From assembly GCF_000143415.4 (NCBI RefSeq), contig NW_003314349.1, positions 319,259 to 383,171 of the forward strand: a DNA stretch of 63,913 bases, written 5' to 3'. Position 1 is the stretch's first letter; every line of letters begins with the position of its first letter. The translations under genes were made by a program, and so were the position numbers. The notes under the pieces are model-generated. The model saw nothing but the letters and a program-made list of their open reading frames with translations. It searched no databases and was not told the origin of the DNA. Source of the stretch: Selaginella moellendorffii (taxonomy: Eukaryota > Plantae > Lycopodiophyta). Shown in pieces: positions 61,433 through 63,913 of the stretch.

Positions 61433-63913
61433 AAGTAACCCCATCATGGATTACCATTTTTATTGTTGGCATCAAGTTAATATTTGTCAAGAGTTCACTA
61501 TTAAAGGCTCACTATGCCTTGCCCGTCTTCTAAACAGTATAGTTTCTCCATCTTAGAGACTTATAAGATCATTTTTTTTGTTTTTTTGTTTAACTCGTGC
61601 TAAACTCATTAAAGACACCTTTATCTCAATTTTACTATTCATTCTAGAGTAGTCTCCACCTCTATCAACATAACTATCATACTTTAGAAATTTGATATTG
61701 ATTTCCCAAGTCAATTTCCTTAATGTCTTTGACATCTTGCATTGCATATATTATGTAAACTCCACTTCCCCATCCTAGAAAGTTCTTCATTTGAAGGCAC
61801 CATCATCCTTTCTTTTATTCTGTACCACCTTAGACACTAAATTCCACTTATCCATAATTTATTTTAGGGTTGTCCATGGTGCTATTATTTAGCTACCTCG
61901 CCATTTCATTTCTTGGAGCTTTTGGTGCAATAATTAAAGGATAGAAGCAAAAAACTAGTGGCCAAAAATAGACCTTAAAAATTATTAAAAGGAATCCAAA
62001 TTATATATTAGGCAAGGAACCACAATGTGGTAGATATCAATGGATTGTAGAAAAGGAAATATGTTTTCAAGGATGGATTTCCCAAATGCTCTGATATGAT
62101 AAAAGTGAAACAACATAAAATCATTACTTTCATCCTTGAGGTATCCTTTTGGTTTTATAACAAAAGCTTTGTTTTATCATTCATCCCTAGTAAGTTTCTT
62201 TAACATTTTCTATTGTGGACTCTATTTTTGGCCCAATCTCCTCTAGGCCTTTCCTTAGAGACTACTTTCTTAGACTCATAATACCATTGTATTTCATCAC
62301 TTATTCACCTTGACCAAGTCACACAATTATCAATAGTTCAAATCAACATTTTGAACTAAAAAACTCATTCTTTAACCTAATAATAAGCTTATCTTTGTTT
62401 AGTTATAGATCACTTAGTTATCTCACATTGATTTATTAACATGTCTACTTATAGATATTAGATTTATCCAACCTTTAAGTTGTTAATTATAACCCCAGGG
62501 GCATCCTTCACACTTGGCAGTGCCCCTAAACTAGCCCTTTTGGCCAAGGGTCTATAATAATTGAGATTAAGTGCTCCTATCTCATTCACCACATCTTTGG
62601 TGCCACTTGTATTAGAGTGTTCAAGTTAGATATGCCAAACTTTCACACTAAACACTTTAACCATGCATCACGATTCTAGGGCATCCTTGTTTGATAATAT
62701 GCCCAAGCTAGCCTCTTTACTAAGAATCCATGATCATTGAAAAATAAATGTCTTTATATTCCAAGCCATCACTATGCCCTAGTAGGTTAGGACTCAAACC
62801 CAAACACTAGAAAGTTAAGATTTAAACCCAACTTTCATATATGTATCTATGAATGATATCACCTAGAATGTTTGGCATGGGTATACCAATTTATATCCAA
62901 TGTGCATTATGGATCATAGCTTAGAAACCTAATTCCTCTGAGCTTCCATACACATAAAGCTGTATTTCACTTTATATTAATTTATTAATTTTTGTTAATA
63001 GTTTTTATTTAAAATTTAAATGGATTTAATTATGTGATTTTATTGCTAAAGTGAGAATTGAATTTTTAAAGTTATTTTATTCCTTTCACTAGGTTGTTTT
63101 AAAATCTAAACTTAATGAAATGAATATAACCATTTTATTCAACTATTACAATATCATTTTATTATATTTTCAAAGGATTTATTTTTAATTTATAATGTTT
63201 TCTTTATTAACACTACATTTTTTATTGATAAAATTTTTAATACATTATTTTTAAAACTATTCATCTATGTCTTTAACATTGAAGTTATAATATTTTAAGA
63301 AAGATTTTTGGATAAGTTTTAACTTCTTTAGTCTATATATAAAATATTGATTAGTTTAATTTATCATTTTTAAAGAAATTTATAAAATACTTTATAATTT
63401 TATAATGTATATTCTAAATGATTTTAGTTATATACAATTGATTTATTTCTAGTTATAGATCTAGCTATGAGGACAATTCGAGTGGAAAATATGGATGATA
63501 GATTATTATTTGTGGTGGATTGTTATAATAGATTATGTTAATTTCTCTAACAAGGAACCTTTTGGCTTAAATAAATGTATTTTTAGTATTACAGCAGGAT
63601 CTTAGCTCATAGGTATTTAATATAGTAGTTTTTAGTATAGCAAATTACATATAAAATACAGATGAGCTTGTATTAGAATTTATATGGTTAAAATATATTT
63701 TTTAAGAAATTTTCAAGTAAAATTAAACATGAAAGAAACAAGTTTAGATAGAAAGTGCTATTAAAATGCTAATTGTTATAGTCTAATTGCCTTGAGATTT
63801 TGGCAGAGAGTTTATTAGTAAAACTGGTACAGAATCTGAAGGTTTATAATACCTGACTTCACATTACTAATGATTAAAAAATTGAAAATTCCGAACATAA
63901 CTTTATGGATATA

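Noticed and set aside
61438-63913. AT-rich tail
   Set aside because: Probably decayed TE sequence; no supportable ORF or termini.

Overview
Eukaryotic plant genomic window. Very short introns, GC-rich exons, plant gene families, TTTAGGG repeats and a self-priming chromovirus suggest a non-seed plant such as the lycophyte Selaginella (inference). It holds an island of host genes (UDP-glycosyltransferase, CYP71-clan P450, DHAR, a U-box-like protein, a CKI1-like hybrid histidine kinase, an Ole e 1/extensin-like protein) among decayed Ty3/Gypsy remnants and three solo LTRs carrying a 5S-rRNA-derived segment. The right third is a young, complete chromodomain Ty3/Gypsy element (42597-61432, TSD AAGTA). 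Its reverse transcriptase is split by a 13,273-bp DNA transposon (45379-58651; perfect 24-bp TIRs, 4-bp TSD ACAC). That transposon is the main find. It encodes a Sola-like DDE transposase and a divergently transcribed 11-exon gene (~1635 aa) joining a ParB/Srx-like domain, a degenerate N6/N4 DNA-methyltransferase-like domain, an acidic linker and an FCP1/NIF HAD phosphatase-like domain. It also carries about 25 copies of a 22-bp palindrome (ATGGCRTGnGGCCnCAYGCCAT) in introns, intergenic DNA and exons. This resembles a ParB/parS-like or VANC-like self-recognition system. All domain calls were made by eye from motifs and need profile searches.
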